Assembly: GCA_965235115.1 (NCBI GenBank)
Contig: OZ249436.1
Coordinates: 44,020,001-44,084,000, forward strand
Source of the DNA: Laetmonice hystrix
Taxonomy: Eukaryota
Length of the DNA stretch: 64,000 nt
Direction: 5' to 3'
Positions 13,432-26,900 of the stretch are shown here, piece after piece. The notes beneath the pieces are model-generated. The model was not told where the DNA came from, ran no database searches, and was given only the letters and a program-made list of their open reading frames with translations. Within the stretch, counting starts at the first letter, position 1, and each line of letters starts with the position of its first letter. A program made the translations under genes and the position numbers.

Positions 13432-14344
13432 CTAGGAACCGTCACAGAACTCAGATTCAAGTACAGATATCACGGTGCAGCTTGTTTTAGGAACCGTCAC
13501 AAAACACAGATTCAAGTACAGATATGACGGTGCAGCTTGTTGTAGGAACCGTCATAAAACACAGATTCAAGTACAGATATGACGGTGCAGCTTGTTTTAG
13601 GAACCGTCACAAAACACAGATTCAAGTACAGATATGACGGTGCAGCTTGTTTTAGGAACCGTCACAAAACACAGATTCAAGTACAGATATGACGGTGCAG
13701 CTTGTTTTAGGAACCGTCACAAAACACAAATTCAAGTACAGATATGACGGTGCAGCTTGTTTTAGGAACCGTCATAAAACACAGATTCAAGTACAGATAT
13801 GACGGTGCAGCTTGTTTTAGGAACCGTCACAAAACACAGATTCAAGTACAGATATGACGGTGCAGCTTGTTTTAGGAACCGTCACAAAACACAGATTCAA
13901 GTACAGATATGACGGTGCAGCTTGTTTTAGGATCCGTCATAAAACACAGATTAAAGTACAGATATGACGGTGCAGCTTGTTTTAGGAACCGTCACAAAAC
14001 ACAGATTCAAGTACAGATATGACGGTGCAGCTTGTTTTAGGATCCGTCATAAAACACAGATTAAAGTACAGATATGACGGTGCAGCTTGTTTTAGGAACC
14101 GTCACAAAACACAGATTCAAGTACAGATATGACGGTGCAGCTTGTTTTAGGATCCGTCATAAAACACAGATTAAAGTACAGATATGACGGTGCAGCTTGT
14201 TTTAGGAACCGTCACAAAACACAGATTCAAGTACAGATATGACGGTGCAGCTTGTTTTAGGAACCGTCACAAAACACAGATTCAAGTACAGATATGACAG
14301 TGCAGCTTGTTTTAGGAACCGTCACAAAACACAGATATGACGGT
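13432..14344. repeat. Minisatellite, 55-bp unit, ~16 copies
   Basis: TAGGAACCGTCACAAAACACAGATTCAAGTACAGATATGACGGTGCAGCTTGTTT. Confidence 0.95.
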
Positions 14345-15116
14345 CAGGTTGACAAAGGTCAATCTGCGCCGGAAAACCTTCATAGTCCACGAAAATTAAA
14401 CTACAGCAGTCAAAAACCGCACCAGTCTCAGTGGAGGATCCAGGATTTTGAATAATGGAATTCCGAATAATGCATCTTCTTTAAAAAAGGGGGAAAGGAA
14501 AATGTAAGGGGGGCCGGGCCCCTTAGGCCCCCCTGGATCACCCAGTGAGTCTCTTTCATCTGAGAGCTACTACTATTGGAATAAGAACTATTGCGTTGTT
14601 TTCTCTTGGTCAAAATGTAACTAGGCTTTAATCTGTAGTGATCCGGCAAGGTCAAAATGGATTTTAAATATGCGTGGATTAATAAAGCATAGAATAAGTT
14701 GAAAAGGTGTTTAAAGCTTCTGTCAGAAAAAGAAATGGAGATAAAACCGAATAAAAGGAGAACCTGGGTCGACTATTGATAAAATATTTGCTACGTCTAC
14801 GTCAATGTCATGGACGAGGAACGGTGAAGGTCAGCCGGTAAGGTCATGGACGTTATAACATGTTAACAGGCCCTATTTACATGACACACCATGACTCTGT
14901 CGAAAATATCCTAATATGGAAGTACAACATGTATTCATAACATGGTGTCAGACATCAAAGCCAAGACGCGCACCGTGACAGGTGAATCCTTGACGTGGCT
15001 TGAAACACCCCGCGCGCCCTCTTGCGGTGTCTCGGATCACTAACCCCAGGGGCCGGATGGTGGGACGGGCGGGGCTGAGGGTCACGGTGAACCGCCGTCA
15101 CCCCCGCCGCCTACAG

Positions 15117-15253
15117 AGGGTGGTTATAATCACCCCGGAACAGGTTACAATGTGGCAGCTGGTGTTCACTGTACCGTGGACCGGTCCCGGTGTGATGGAG
15201 GCTGCAGCCAGCCATCCCGACTGTACCGTGATCACTATGGACAGTGTACGCAG
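15117..15253 (+). CDS. Candidate orphan Cys/Gly-rich exon
   Basis: ctacag|AG...CAG|gtatcc; GGYNHPGTGYNVAAGVHCTVDRSRCDGGCSQPSRLYRDHYGQCTQ; partner exons not identified. Confidence 0.3.
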
Positions 15254-15318
15254 GTATCCACACCACGTGGTGCTGTAGACAGCCAGTGGATCCATTCATA
15301 CAGGAGGTTGGAGTTACT

Positions 15319-16067
15319 GGAGTCTGGAGATTGGCCCTGGCCTCTGGAGGAGCGATGTTAGTAGGTGAGTACCCGAGTCTGGAGATTGGCCCTGGCCTCT
15401 GGAGGAGCGATGTTTGGAGGTGATTACCGGAGTCTGGAGATTGGCCCTGGCCTCTGGAGGAGCGATGTTTGGAGGTGAGTCCCGGAGTCTGGAGATTGGC
15501 CCTGGCCTCTGGAGGAGCGATGTTAGTAGGTGAGTCCCGGAGTCTGGAGATTGGTCCTGGCCTCTGGAGGAGCGATGTTTGGAGGTAAGTACCCGAGTCT
15601 GGAGATTGGTCCTGGCCTCTGGAGGAGCGATGTTTGGAGGTGAGTACCGGAGTCTGGAGATTGGTCCTGGCCTCTGGAGGAGCGATGTTTGGAGGTGAGT
15701 ACCCGAGTCTGGAGATTGGTCCTGGCCTCTGGAGGAGCGATGTTTGGAGGTGAGTACCCGAGTCTGGAGATTGGCCCTGGTCTCTGAAGGAGCGATGTTT
15801 GGAGGTGAGTACCCGAGTCTGGAGATTGGCCCTGGTCTCTGGGGGAGCGATGTTTGGAGGTCAGTACCGGAGTCTGGAGATTGGCCCTGGCCTCTGGAGG
15901 AGCGATGTTTGGAGGTGAGTACCGGAGTCTGGAGATTGGCCCTGGCCTCTGGAGGAGCGATGTTTGGAGGTGAGTACCCGAGTCTGGAGATTGGCCCTGG
16001 CCTCTGGAGGAGCGATGTTTGGAGGTGAGTACCGGAGTCTGGAGATTGGCCCTGGCCTCTGGAGGAG
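15319..16067. repeat. Minisatellite, 55-bp unit
   Basis: GGAGATTGGCCCTGGCCTCTGGAGGAGCGATGTTTGGAGGTGAGTACCGGAGTCT. Confidence 0.95.
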
Positions 16068-17534
16068 TATCAGACTATCAGACGCTCTTAAAATCTGACA
16101 GGGGATTAAGCAGTGATTCCCACCATTTATTGAAAGGTCAGAAGAGGAAGGACTGCATGAGGTCAATGATTTGAAATGTTATATACTATGAAGAAGATTC
16201 GCGTTTTTATGGCGAATCTTTATTGGGAACACGAATCGGGAGATGTCAGCAATCACATTTTAGAGAGACTTTAAAAAACTGCACCAAATGGTACTTGTCC
16301 TCGTTTTTCTATTTGCCATGACTGTTTCATGCCTGGAAAACCAAATTTAATTTTCCATGACCTTTCATGTCCTGATGTTTCGGCAATCAGCAGCCTGGGT
16401 CAAACTACAGTGTGCCTTGTGAGCTATCGCACAAGCCTATAATGCCAGAGATGATCACGGAAGAATCAGATTCTGGGGCTAGAGTGGTTCCGTATAAAGG
16501 CGACTGGAGAGTTGAGAATATAACTAAAAATTGAAAATACCTTTAAAAAATGAAACTGGACTTAATGGCTGGTCCAAGTCCTATACCGTTCGAAGATCTG
16601 GCGTCTGGAAACACACGATAGCCCATTGAGAGTCAACTGATTTGGAACCTTGCCGCAGATTGAGCCCACTGACGGGGTACGGGTTCTATTGCTAGATCCC
16701 TTTAGAAGAGTTGTGTCCACCTATCGCCGAGTTACACCCTCACCTCTCCAGGTGGACACATAGCAACCGAGCCGAACTCTTCGTACTGTCAGGTTTTCAA
16801 CAGCGTCTGTTTCCAGACTACGACCGAACGCGGAGACCGGTGCCTCACAGTTCCCTACATTACTACAGTGGTGGTAATTGCTTTATATATCCCCCTCCAG
16901 TTCGAGGACCACAGAAAGGGTGTGCACATATACTTAACGTTATGATAGGATAAAAACAAAATTCCGCCGAAATTAAAAGTATTCAAGTACTACAGGTCTT
17001 AGGTAAAAATTAAATACAAATTTTGATACACATTTTACGTCTGTAAAATTTGTTTTAATGAACATAAACAGAAATTTTGAAAATCACACAGCAAATTTGT
17101 GGTCAGTGCCCTCTCCATATTGCAGTCACGTGTGCATGTCTTGAGTTCTTTGATATGCAAATTAGGGTGTTAGTCGCAAGGCCTATTGTAAGACGCTCTA
17201 TTGTTTTGTCTTCTGTTCTGCTACCCACTGACCCACAAAGATTATGTAAGTGGGGATTACCTGCATGAAGCAGTGAGCCCCACGAACCACCAGCAAGCAC
17301 CGCAACTACCAAGCTAGTTATACCTTGTCGTATATGGTGATGTCGGAAGCAAATTTTTGGTGCGGGGCGGGGGTGGGGGGCAACTAGGCCCTGTTTCAGG
17401 TAAATTTTAGGTTACAAGTGTGCGTGGCAGCGGTTAAATGGACAGAACTCAACCCTTTATAGGCCCGCTGAGACATGATTCTTGGGGGGGGGGGCAAAAC
17501 ATTTCCAGTTCTTTGGTGTTTGGGTGCGTGTGTA

Positions 17535-17607
17535 TGTTAATGGCGTAAAGTGTGGACAAGTGTCAGTTTACACACCCTCAAAGCGTGGACCATGGCAAAG
17601 CGTGGAC
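17535..17607 (+). repeat. Left terminal inverted repeat plus subterminal AAAG(T/C)GTGGAC motifs
   Basis: AAAGTGTGGAC at 17547, CAAAGCGTGGAC at 17579 and 17596; reverse-complement orientation relative to the right-end motifs. Confidence 0.75.
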
Positions 17608-19002
17608 GTCCACAGATTGTTTTCTTTCAAAAACCGACTTGTGAGGACTCTGTGTAGCGCCCCCTGTCGTCCCTTTCGTGAACTAGGCCATGTCCACCAA
17701 TAGCGGCGTTTAGCGGATGTGTGAGTGTGTGGTAGCCGCGCCGAGTGTATGTGCCCCTTTTCGCAGGTCCTCTCTTTATCGGTAACAGTAAGAATATAGT
17801 TTCACTAAAATCCGTTAGGGGGCTGCGCGCTCCCCGCAGCGATGTTTCACGTTGAGTTTTATATATTTTGATGGTGACTCTGCCTGGAGAGTGTCAGCAG
17901 GTCCACGGAACGCGCGGTCAGGGTCAATCAGTCCTCGGAGGGTGCGCAAGGAGCCAGTACACTCAGGTTAGTCTCTAACTTGGTAAAATAGTATTTTAAC
18001 CCGTATTAGACCCTACTTGACAATGTTGGAATACAAACAGGACGGTTGTTAGATCTACTGTCTTATTATTAACATAACAATTAACCCGTGTAGCCAATTA
18101 AAACCCTTCTAGACAATCAATGAGTATCAAAATTCGAGAAGGGCCCGAGAACACGCCCTCCCACTATCCGCCATATTACATTTCATCATCATCAATCATC
18201 CCCCATCTACATTCAGGAAATGTGGAGAATTCCTAGACTATATCAAAGCGCCACTTAGACCCATTATAAAGTTACCATTATAATAATTGGGGATGGCGCC
18301 TGCATAACTGCGAACAAACTGGGAGCCTGACCCTATTAATGTTAATCTTTTTTGGTACCATTCATTGTCCTCACTTTGAAGGCCACATTTTTCGTAAATG
18401 TGTCCAGACCTTTTAGCCTGGCTTTCCGTTCAGTGGCGGATCTAGGGGCAAGGGTGTAGCCTTAGGGGGTTTCCGGGTTGCCTGGAAACCTCCTCCCCTC
18501 CCCCAAAAAGATAATTAATAGATAATTAAATAGATATAAATGATTGACTAATATTATGGTTGGACCCCCCCCCCCCCACTTTTAGTTGGACCCCCCCCCC
18601 ATCTCGATTCTGCCTACACCCCGGAGGGGGTGTCTGCGACGTCCGAACCCCGCCCCCCCCCTCAAATTTCCCAAATTTCATTTTTAACCAAAATATAACA
18701 ATCTCTAGGAGGTGTAGAGGATAATTTCATTTTCCTAAAACATGGCCAAAGTTGTCCTGGGTGGCCAAAGTAACCCCAGTTTACTTATTCCATGTTTTAA
18801 TTGGTTTGTCATTTGTAAAAATTATTTTTTATGCCTGTATTAAACTCGGATAACCTTGTGTGTCCTCCCTTTGTATAGGCCTAGGTTTATATAATTACTT
18901 AGTTTGTGTCCTCACTCCTAACTTACTCAAGTGACCCCGTTGCACTAGGTTGATTATACTTTAAAAATTTGCAGACATTTTCACTTATTTTACATTAGGA
19001 AC

Positions 19003-20935
19003 ATGCCACGGCAGAGCAGGAAACCACCGGAAGAAGTGGCAAAGCAGTATATTCGATCAAATAGTGACCCACCTTGGATATGTGAACAACACATCAGTGA
19101 TGAAAAAGGTCAGTTCAAGATAAATGTATCTGACAAGCAGGCAGTTACCATTTCTTAATGAGCCATGATAATGAAACTATAATATTTGTAGGGATGGGAG
19201 GTGTATGTTCAAACAAGGGGAGGGTGCTTTCACTTTCAGTAGTGTTACGTAACATCATTATGGCTATATTCTTAGTGGTAGCCACTGGGGAAAAAACAGC
19301 AGTTGGTAAAACTTTGAGTACTGGTCATGGATATCATTTTTATGGTTTTAAAATTGAAATGGTTTGCTTTTACAATTCGTTTCTGTTTGGGACTGTTCTA
19401 GTTATTTATAAGACTAGACTATCAAGGTTATTACAGTAAAACTGTTGGGCTCAAGTTTGTGATCCATGGCTTGCTAATGAATCCCCGAGAGGCAGTAGCC
19501 ACCTAACTTTGGTTGGACCAAACTCAGATGAGGACAAATTACATTTTTTACAATTCCTAATGTCAAGCAAACATTCCTTTACTGATATAACAAAGCACAC
19601 CATTATTTTATTTTTTACCATAATGTAGTCCATATATAGTGGAATATGTAATGTGCTTTGTATTTTTTTTTAAATTAAAATTGTATAGGGGCACCAGGTA
19701 CTGCTCTCACTGTCCTTTCATCTGGGCCAATTATTTAGCATTTTTGGCACCCCCTCTCCCCTTCTTAAAACCTACAGCTGGAAATTAGGGGGGTGGGGGG
19801 TGGGGCTCGTAAATGCTTATTCTTGTTAGATTTGACCATGTTATGTACCCTATATACCTTTCACAAATTTAGACAGTGCCCCAAGGTTTCGTTGCCCCTG
19901 GAACAAGTCAAGTTTTGGAATCGCCCCCCCCCCCTTCCAAAGCTGCAACACTGAGCACAAGGAACCGATTCTTCTCTTGTCTCCAGCCTTCAGGATCGGG
20001 TGCTGCACTACACTAGCAGAGCCAACAAATTTTCATAGGGGTGGAAATGCTGAGACCAGTAATCCCTTTGGGGTGGCCCGGACATTGGTAGCCCTAAAAT
20101 GTAAATGTTGTGTGGACCAGTCCGTGGAGTGGCAAGTTAGGTGGCCAGCAGGCTTGAGTTTAGGGTAGCCACGTAAATTGTTGAACAGCCCCTAAAAGCA
20201 CATGTACTGTTTCAGGACGAGGGGTTGTGTGTTGCGACGATATCTTGCCAGGGCAGTTTGTGGCAGAATATAAAGGTGAACTAGTAACAGCTGATGAAGC
20301 ATCTGCACGGGAAGAGGAACAGGACAGCGTGTTCCGTTTTTTCTTCACGTGGCAGAAGAAGGAACTTTGGTGAGATTCTGCGATGTTATCTTTAGTGAAA
20401 GTAGAAGGTAATTTCTGTGTCTTTAAACAAAGGTCATGAATGATAAACATGACTACACATAGCACTATATTTGACTTCCCACTGTAATTATATTGCCTGT
20501 GGCTATGACCTTGACAAAGACTTGTTTTTTTATGTTTCTAGTGTTGATGCTTCAGAGGAGCCTGTAGCAGGCCCCAGACTTGGCCGACTTGTCAATCATG
20601 GAGAAAAGTCAGAAAGAAACAGTAGAATGAAAGTTGTGGAGGTGGAATGCATACCAAGGCTTTGCTTGTTTAGTACTTGGTGAGTCCTGTTTGATTTTAG
20701 AAGCCACAGATATGAACAACGACTACCATAGAAGTTTTCAGAAACATGGATACCATGTGGCTCCTCATTTCTATTTGACAGCTTTATGGAACATGATTAT
20801 CTGTGTTTTTGTAAAAAAAAAAGAAAGATTTTGTCTCATGAAGTGTACTTTCCTGACAGTGACATCGGACCTGGCACAGAAATTATGTATGACTATGGGA
20901 TCAAAGAAGAAGATATGCCATGGAAGAAGGCAAAG
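19003..20935 (+). CDS. Exons 1-4: SET-domain lysine methyltransferase (PR-Set7/KMT5A-like)
   Basis: Spliced translation MPRQSRKPPEEVAKQYIRSNSDPPWICEQHISDEK-GRGVVCCDDILPGQFVAEYKGELV...KELCVDASEEP...RLGRLVNHG...LCLFSTCDIGPGTEIMYDYG...PW; hallmark GRGV, EYxGEL, RLVNH and YDYG motifs. Confidence 0.9.
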
Positions 20936-23900
20936 GTTAGTGCCTTTGTATATTCCAGAGTCTCATAAAAACTTTTCCTTTCAGTTCGCGCTTTATTAGA
21001 CAGATTTCTAGTAATCTCTTGCCTTGTGAAAACTGTGTTATTTAGGGCATATGCGTAGGAATAGGGGTCTACAACCCCTCCCCCCATATCAAAGGTGAGG
21101 GGGAGGGGCTGAAGTGTCGTTCCGCAACACCCTGCTCCTTAAATCCTCCTTGGTCTCCCAGGAAGGACTAGACCACCGCGGGCCTCTTCATTTCTGTCAG
21201 AATTTGATCTCCAGAAGCCGGGAGATCCTGTTTTGGGCCTTCAAAATTAAAAATTTTCCGGGGAGCCTTCTGGACCCCATGCTGAATATAAAGTCTGCAC
21301 CTTCGGTTCGGTGCTTGCAGGGCACCACATAGCCGGCACTCTTAGGCCCCCCTAACAAAAGCTTCATATGCGCCTATTGGTTGTGGGTGAAAAAGGAATT
21401 GTGTGTGTCCCCCCTTTGTGTCCTCATATTGTTGCAAACTTTAATCTGGTCAAGTGGCGGGTGTGTCCACACTTATTTCAGTTCTAGGTTATAATGTCCT
21501 CACTTTGGTACATTTTTGGTCTAAGTGTGTCCTCACTTTGTAGCAATGAATACTTTTGTTTTTCCTAAGACTTACAAAAAGGCTAAGATTTCATTAATAC
21601 GTAATGGCTCTACGGCATAGGCCTACGGCGTACGGCATACATTGGAAATGGCCTGATTAAAGTGGGACAGATTCCATATTAGACTGGGATTGTATGGCAC
21701 GACTAAAGAGTAGTGTAGGAAGGAAAAATATATTGGGGGGGGGGGGGGGGAGGGGCAGAAGTGAAGTCACAATGACTTGCGCCTATGCTTTTTCATTGAG
21801 CCATGCGGTCATTTTATAAATATTTGGGGGGGGGGGGGGTGCAGCCCCCTCTGCCCCCAGCTTCCTACGCCCCTGCTATATGGCGTATGGAATAGGAGTC
21901 GCTCCCTGTAACGATTTTCGCCGTAACCGTATGCTTTCCGTAAGGGGAACTCTAAATAATTAATAATCACTAATCACGGCTTCCCTGGGGTCTTCCCTGG
22001 CCTTTGCACGCTACAAAGGCTTACCATGCAAGGACCGTATAAATTTTATGGAATCATCCGTATGCTCTTTACGTACGCCGTATGCCGTGGCCGTAGAGCC
22101 GTAACGCATTTATTGAATCTCAGCTTAAGGCCTCTACAAGTTTTAATATGATAATTATTTTGTTCGTTTGCATTAGTGGCTTAATGTTGATCGTGTCCCT
22201 GATAGTAATTATTTATCAAGTCCAAGAAATTAAATGGCACAGATGGCTATCTCCAGTAGAAAAGTATTATAGGTTGTCTGAAGACTCAGGGGTACCGAAA
22301 TATGGCTGTCTCTTTTTAAATGTTATGTTGTTTTCACAATTATATGAAGATTTTAAAAACTTTGCAGATACATCAACCTATTGGTTTGTATAGATATAAG
22401 ATTTTTGCTTTACATAGGCCTATGACGAACGTTTCCAATCAAATTCATGGGTGTCCGAAATCGGGGAGGGCCCAAACAGGGCAGTTACCCCCCCCCCCCC
22501 CCCGAATGGATAGCATTGTTTACAACACCATAAAAGAAAAGCTTAGAACTACACCCTGCGTGTCCTTCTTTATCCATTCAATAACTATATTTCAAAGACG
22601 TATACCCATATTTTTCCTGTTTAAAATGCCCCCATTAAAAAGTATTACCCTCTACCCTACCCCCTTCGGGAAATACGAACTATGCCTCTCTCAGGAATAT
22701 GTTCTACGGACGCCCATGAACACAAGTTGCTGTTATGTTGCCTTGGAAATGTCATCAGCCACGAATTATATTTACCGGTATAATCTCGATAATGTTATCA
22801 ATTTTTTTTATTCAACAATCGACGTCCACTTTGCCAGCAACACTCTAAAAGATCCTTCTTTCATTGCATTTGTCCTGCTGGTCTTCGGGCAATTCTTTGG
22901 CCCACTACGATTTAACTACTGAAAGATCACTGATATTTTTGCGTTAATGCATCATTTCAACGCCATCCCGTATCCTTTTTCCCTGATTATTCTTTTATGT
23001 AAGAGATTATACCAATATAATAAATTTCCACTCATGTATTTCTGTTTAAATATTTTCAAGTCGTGAGAAGCCCATGATTCAGAGATGTTTACTTACAGTG
23101 TTTTTGTAAAATATATTGAGCAGGTACAGCGGAACAGTTTCGACAGTGGGGGGGGGGGGCTATATCAGTATAACGGAGGTGAAACTATTGGAGATTTTTT
23201 ATTTAGATTTTATTATCAATTTGGTTCTCAATATTCATTCCCACCTTTAACTATGGAAGTCTTGGTCGACAAGAAATCGGGTGGGCCAAAAAATATTGGA
23301 ACACTCTTTTTTTGACTATAACTTCTACAATTACTCCGATGTCATAATGTTTTGCACATATCATGTGATTATTTGGGGCCTGTGGTACAAATTTCAGAAA
23401 GTGTCTGAAAGTGAAGCATGGATATGTAGGTTCACATTTGCAACAGCATGATACCATCCCAACTCAGCATTTCATTATACCTTAATGGCCAATGAAACAG
23501 CTAAATGTAAAACATAGCAAACAAAATAGAAGTATTTGGTAGCCTGTGTTGAATATTCTTTATTCCGTCAAGTTTAAAACCGATTATTTCCGCACCGTCA
23601 CAGGTCCAAACCTCACGAATGGTGTCAGTGATGCCCTACTGGGTCCGGTTGCCACGACTACCGGCCCAGAAATTGTCGGTGATGACCTCCTTTGTCCCGT
23701 TGCCATGGCTTCCACCCTTCAAGTTCCCGATAATGTTCTAAGTCCCGTTGCTAGAGTTGCTACCCCTAAAGTTACCTGTGATGACCTCCTGGGTCCAGTT
23801 CCCAAGGTTACTGCCCCTCACGTTGCCGGTGATGACCTCCTAGGTCCCGTTGCCACGGCTACCACCCCTCAAGTTGCCGGTGATGACCTCTTGGGTTCAG

Positions 23901-26900
23901 TTGCCACGGCTACCACTCAAGTTGCCGGTGAGGACCTCTTGGGTCCAGTTGCCACGGCTACCACTCCTCAAGTTGCCGGTGATGACCTCCTAGTTTCCGT
24001 TGCCACGGCTACCACCCCTCAAGTTGCCGGCGTGGACCTCCTAGGTCCCGTTGCCACGGCTACCACCCCTCAAGTTGCCGGCGATGACCTCTTGGGTCCA
24101 GTTGCCACGGCTACCACTCCCCAAGTTGCCGGCGATGACCTCCTAGGTCCAGTTGCCACGGCTACCACTCCTCAAGTTGCCGGCGATGACCTCCTAGGTC
24201 CAGTTGACAGGGCTAGCGCCCCTCGAGTTGCCGGCGTGGACCTCCTAGGTCCCGTTGCCACGGCTACCACCTCTCAAGTTGCCGGCGATGACCTCCTAGG
24301 TCCCGTTGCCACGGCTACCACCCCTCAAGTTGCCGGCGATGACCTCCTAGGTCCAGTTGACAGGGCTAGCGCCCCTCAAGTTACCGGTGATGACCTCCTA
24401 GGTCCCGTTGCCACGGCTACCACCCCTCAAGTTGCCGGCGATGACCTCTTGGGTCCAGTTGCCACGGCTACCACTCCTCAAGTTGCCGGTGATGACCTCC
24501 TAGTTCCCGTTGCCACGGCTACCACCCCTCAAGTTGCCGGCGATGACCTCCTAGGTCCAGTTGACAGGGCTAGCGCCCCTCAAGTTACCGGTGATGACCT
24601 CCTGGGTCCCGTTGCCACGGCTACCACCACTCAAGTTGCTGGCGATGACCTCTTGGGTCCAGTTGCCACGGCTACCACTCCTCAAGTTGCCGGTGATGAC
24701 CTCCTAGGTCCCGTTGCCACGGCTACCACCCCTCAAGTTGCCGGCGATGACCTCCTAGGTCCAGTTGACAGGGCTAGCGCCCCTCAAGTTACCGGTGATG
24801 ACCTCCTGGGTCCCGTTGCCACGGCTACCACCACTCAAGTTGCTGGCGATGACCTCTTGGGTCCAGTTGCCACGGCTACCACCCCTCAAGTTGCCGGTGA
24901 TGACCTCCTGGGTCTAGTTACCACAACTTCTGTCCATCAAGTTGTCAGTGATGCCCTCCCGTGGTCCGTTGCCATGGCTACCACCCCTCCATTTGTCAGT
25001 GATGCCTTTCTGGGTCCTATCGCCATGGCTACTGCCCCTCAAGTTGATGAAGTCCAGCCTAGTACATCCGCTACCAGTGCTCTGCCAGACAACAGTAATG
25101 AGATGATGATCACTGATTCCCAAAGTCCGGGCCAATCTAGTACAGGAGGTACGAGAATAATAACCAAGATCAATGTTGTTTCCGTCCTCGCTTAGTTTCA
25201 ACTTTGGTGTCCTCACTTTGTTTCAAGCCTGGTGTGTGTTCTTAGCTTGCTTCAGCCTTGGCATATGTCTGTCCTCACTTTGCTCCAACCTTGGTGTATG
25301 TGTCCCCATTCTGCTCCAACCTTGCTGTATGTGTCCTCACTCTGCTCCAACCTTGGTGTATGTGTCCTCACTCTGCTCCAACCTTGGTATATGTGTCCTC
25401 ACTCTGCTCCAACCTTGGTGTATGTGTCCTCACTCTGCTCCAACCTTGGTATATGTGTCCTCACTCTGCTCCAACCTTGGTGTATGTGTCCTCACTATGT
25501 TTGAAGCTTGCCAGGTGTGACTGCACCATGTTTCGACCATGTGTCGTCACTTTGATATTCTCAACATTGGGGTCTGTTTCCTCAGGTTGTTTTAACCTTG
25601 ATGTGCGTTATCTTCACCTGTCTCCGACCCTATATTTAATTGTTCATCTTTTAGGTGCAGCCGCTACTGATGTCATCGACCACGCGTCATTTAGTGAAGA
25701 TGGTGAAGATGAAGATAGTATGGAGGACTATGTACCAGGCTCATCAAGCAGCGAATCAAGTTCTGACTATTCGGATGTCATACCCTTTCAGGGTCTGCCC
25801 TCTGCAAAAGGAAACCAGGAAGCTAAGTACAGAAAAGCCATTTCCAAGATGTGCTCAAGAGCCCTGGAAGCTCGACAAGCCCCACAAGCATCCACCAGTT
25901 CAGATAGTTTCATCAGCCCGTCTAGTGCCCTGGGAGCCCGACAAGCCCCACAAGCATCCACCAGTTCAGATAGTTTCATCAGCCCGTCTAGTGCCCTGGG
26001 AGCCCCACCAACCTCCGGTTCGGATGATGTCCTAGGATCACAAAGTGCCCTGGGGACATCACAAGCCAATGATGCAGTTTTGCATAACAGAAAAATAAGA
26101 GTCATGGTGGCAGACAATGAACAAGGAAGAAAATGGGACAAAATCTATTACTGTTTATATTGTCAGAAGCCACAGAAGAAATTGCCAAGACATATAACTA
26201 CTCAACATCCGGACGAGGTGAAAGTTGTGGAGTACTGCAATGAAAAGAACAGTCTAAGGAAATCACAGAAAATGTGTCTTCTTAGAAACCTAGGTAACCA
26301 CAAACATAACTGTGAAGTGCTGAGAAAGGGAGAAGGGATTTTGATAGTAACTCACAGACCAGTGAGGGCAACCCTACCAGACGAATACGGTCCATGTGAA
26401 ATTTGCTTTGCCTACATCCTCAGAAATGATCTCTGGAGGCACAGATGTCCGCTTAAGGATGAACAGGAAGAGGAACCAGTGAAAAAGAAACGCAGAGCAG
26501 TCAGTTGTAAACTCCTTCTTCCGCCCCCACCAGGTATCAGCGAAAATTTGCACACAATCACCCATTCCATGAGGGCCGACAACATATCCAGAATCACAAA
26601 AAGTGACAACCTCATCCTGGCCCTTGGAGAGAAGTTGTATCAAAAGGTTGGGCACAATAAATTTCAACATAATTACATCAGATGCAAGCTAAGAGAGATG
26701 GGACGTCTCCTTGCCCAATTACGTACTGATACTGGGAAGTCAAATTCAAAGCTCGAAGACTTCATTGAGCCTGACCAGTTTAGGGTTGTACTAGCTGCAG
26801 CAAGACGAGTCTGTGGATTCGAAAAGGAAGGTCAAACGTACAAAACGCCATCACTTGCATTGAAGTTAGGCCATAGTCTTCGAAAGTGTGCCAAGATCTG

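Noticed and set aside
22320-22922. 200-aa ORF in intron 4 of the element gene
   Set aside because: No recognisable motifs, includes a poly-C run of a small repeat, AT-rich; probably spurious cargo.
25258-25654. N-terminal ~130 aa of the 965-aa ORF
   Set aside because: Translation of the intronic 31-bp motif array; the real exon starts at the acceptor at 25655.
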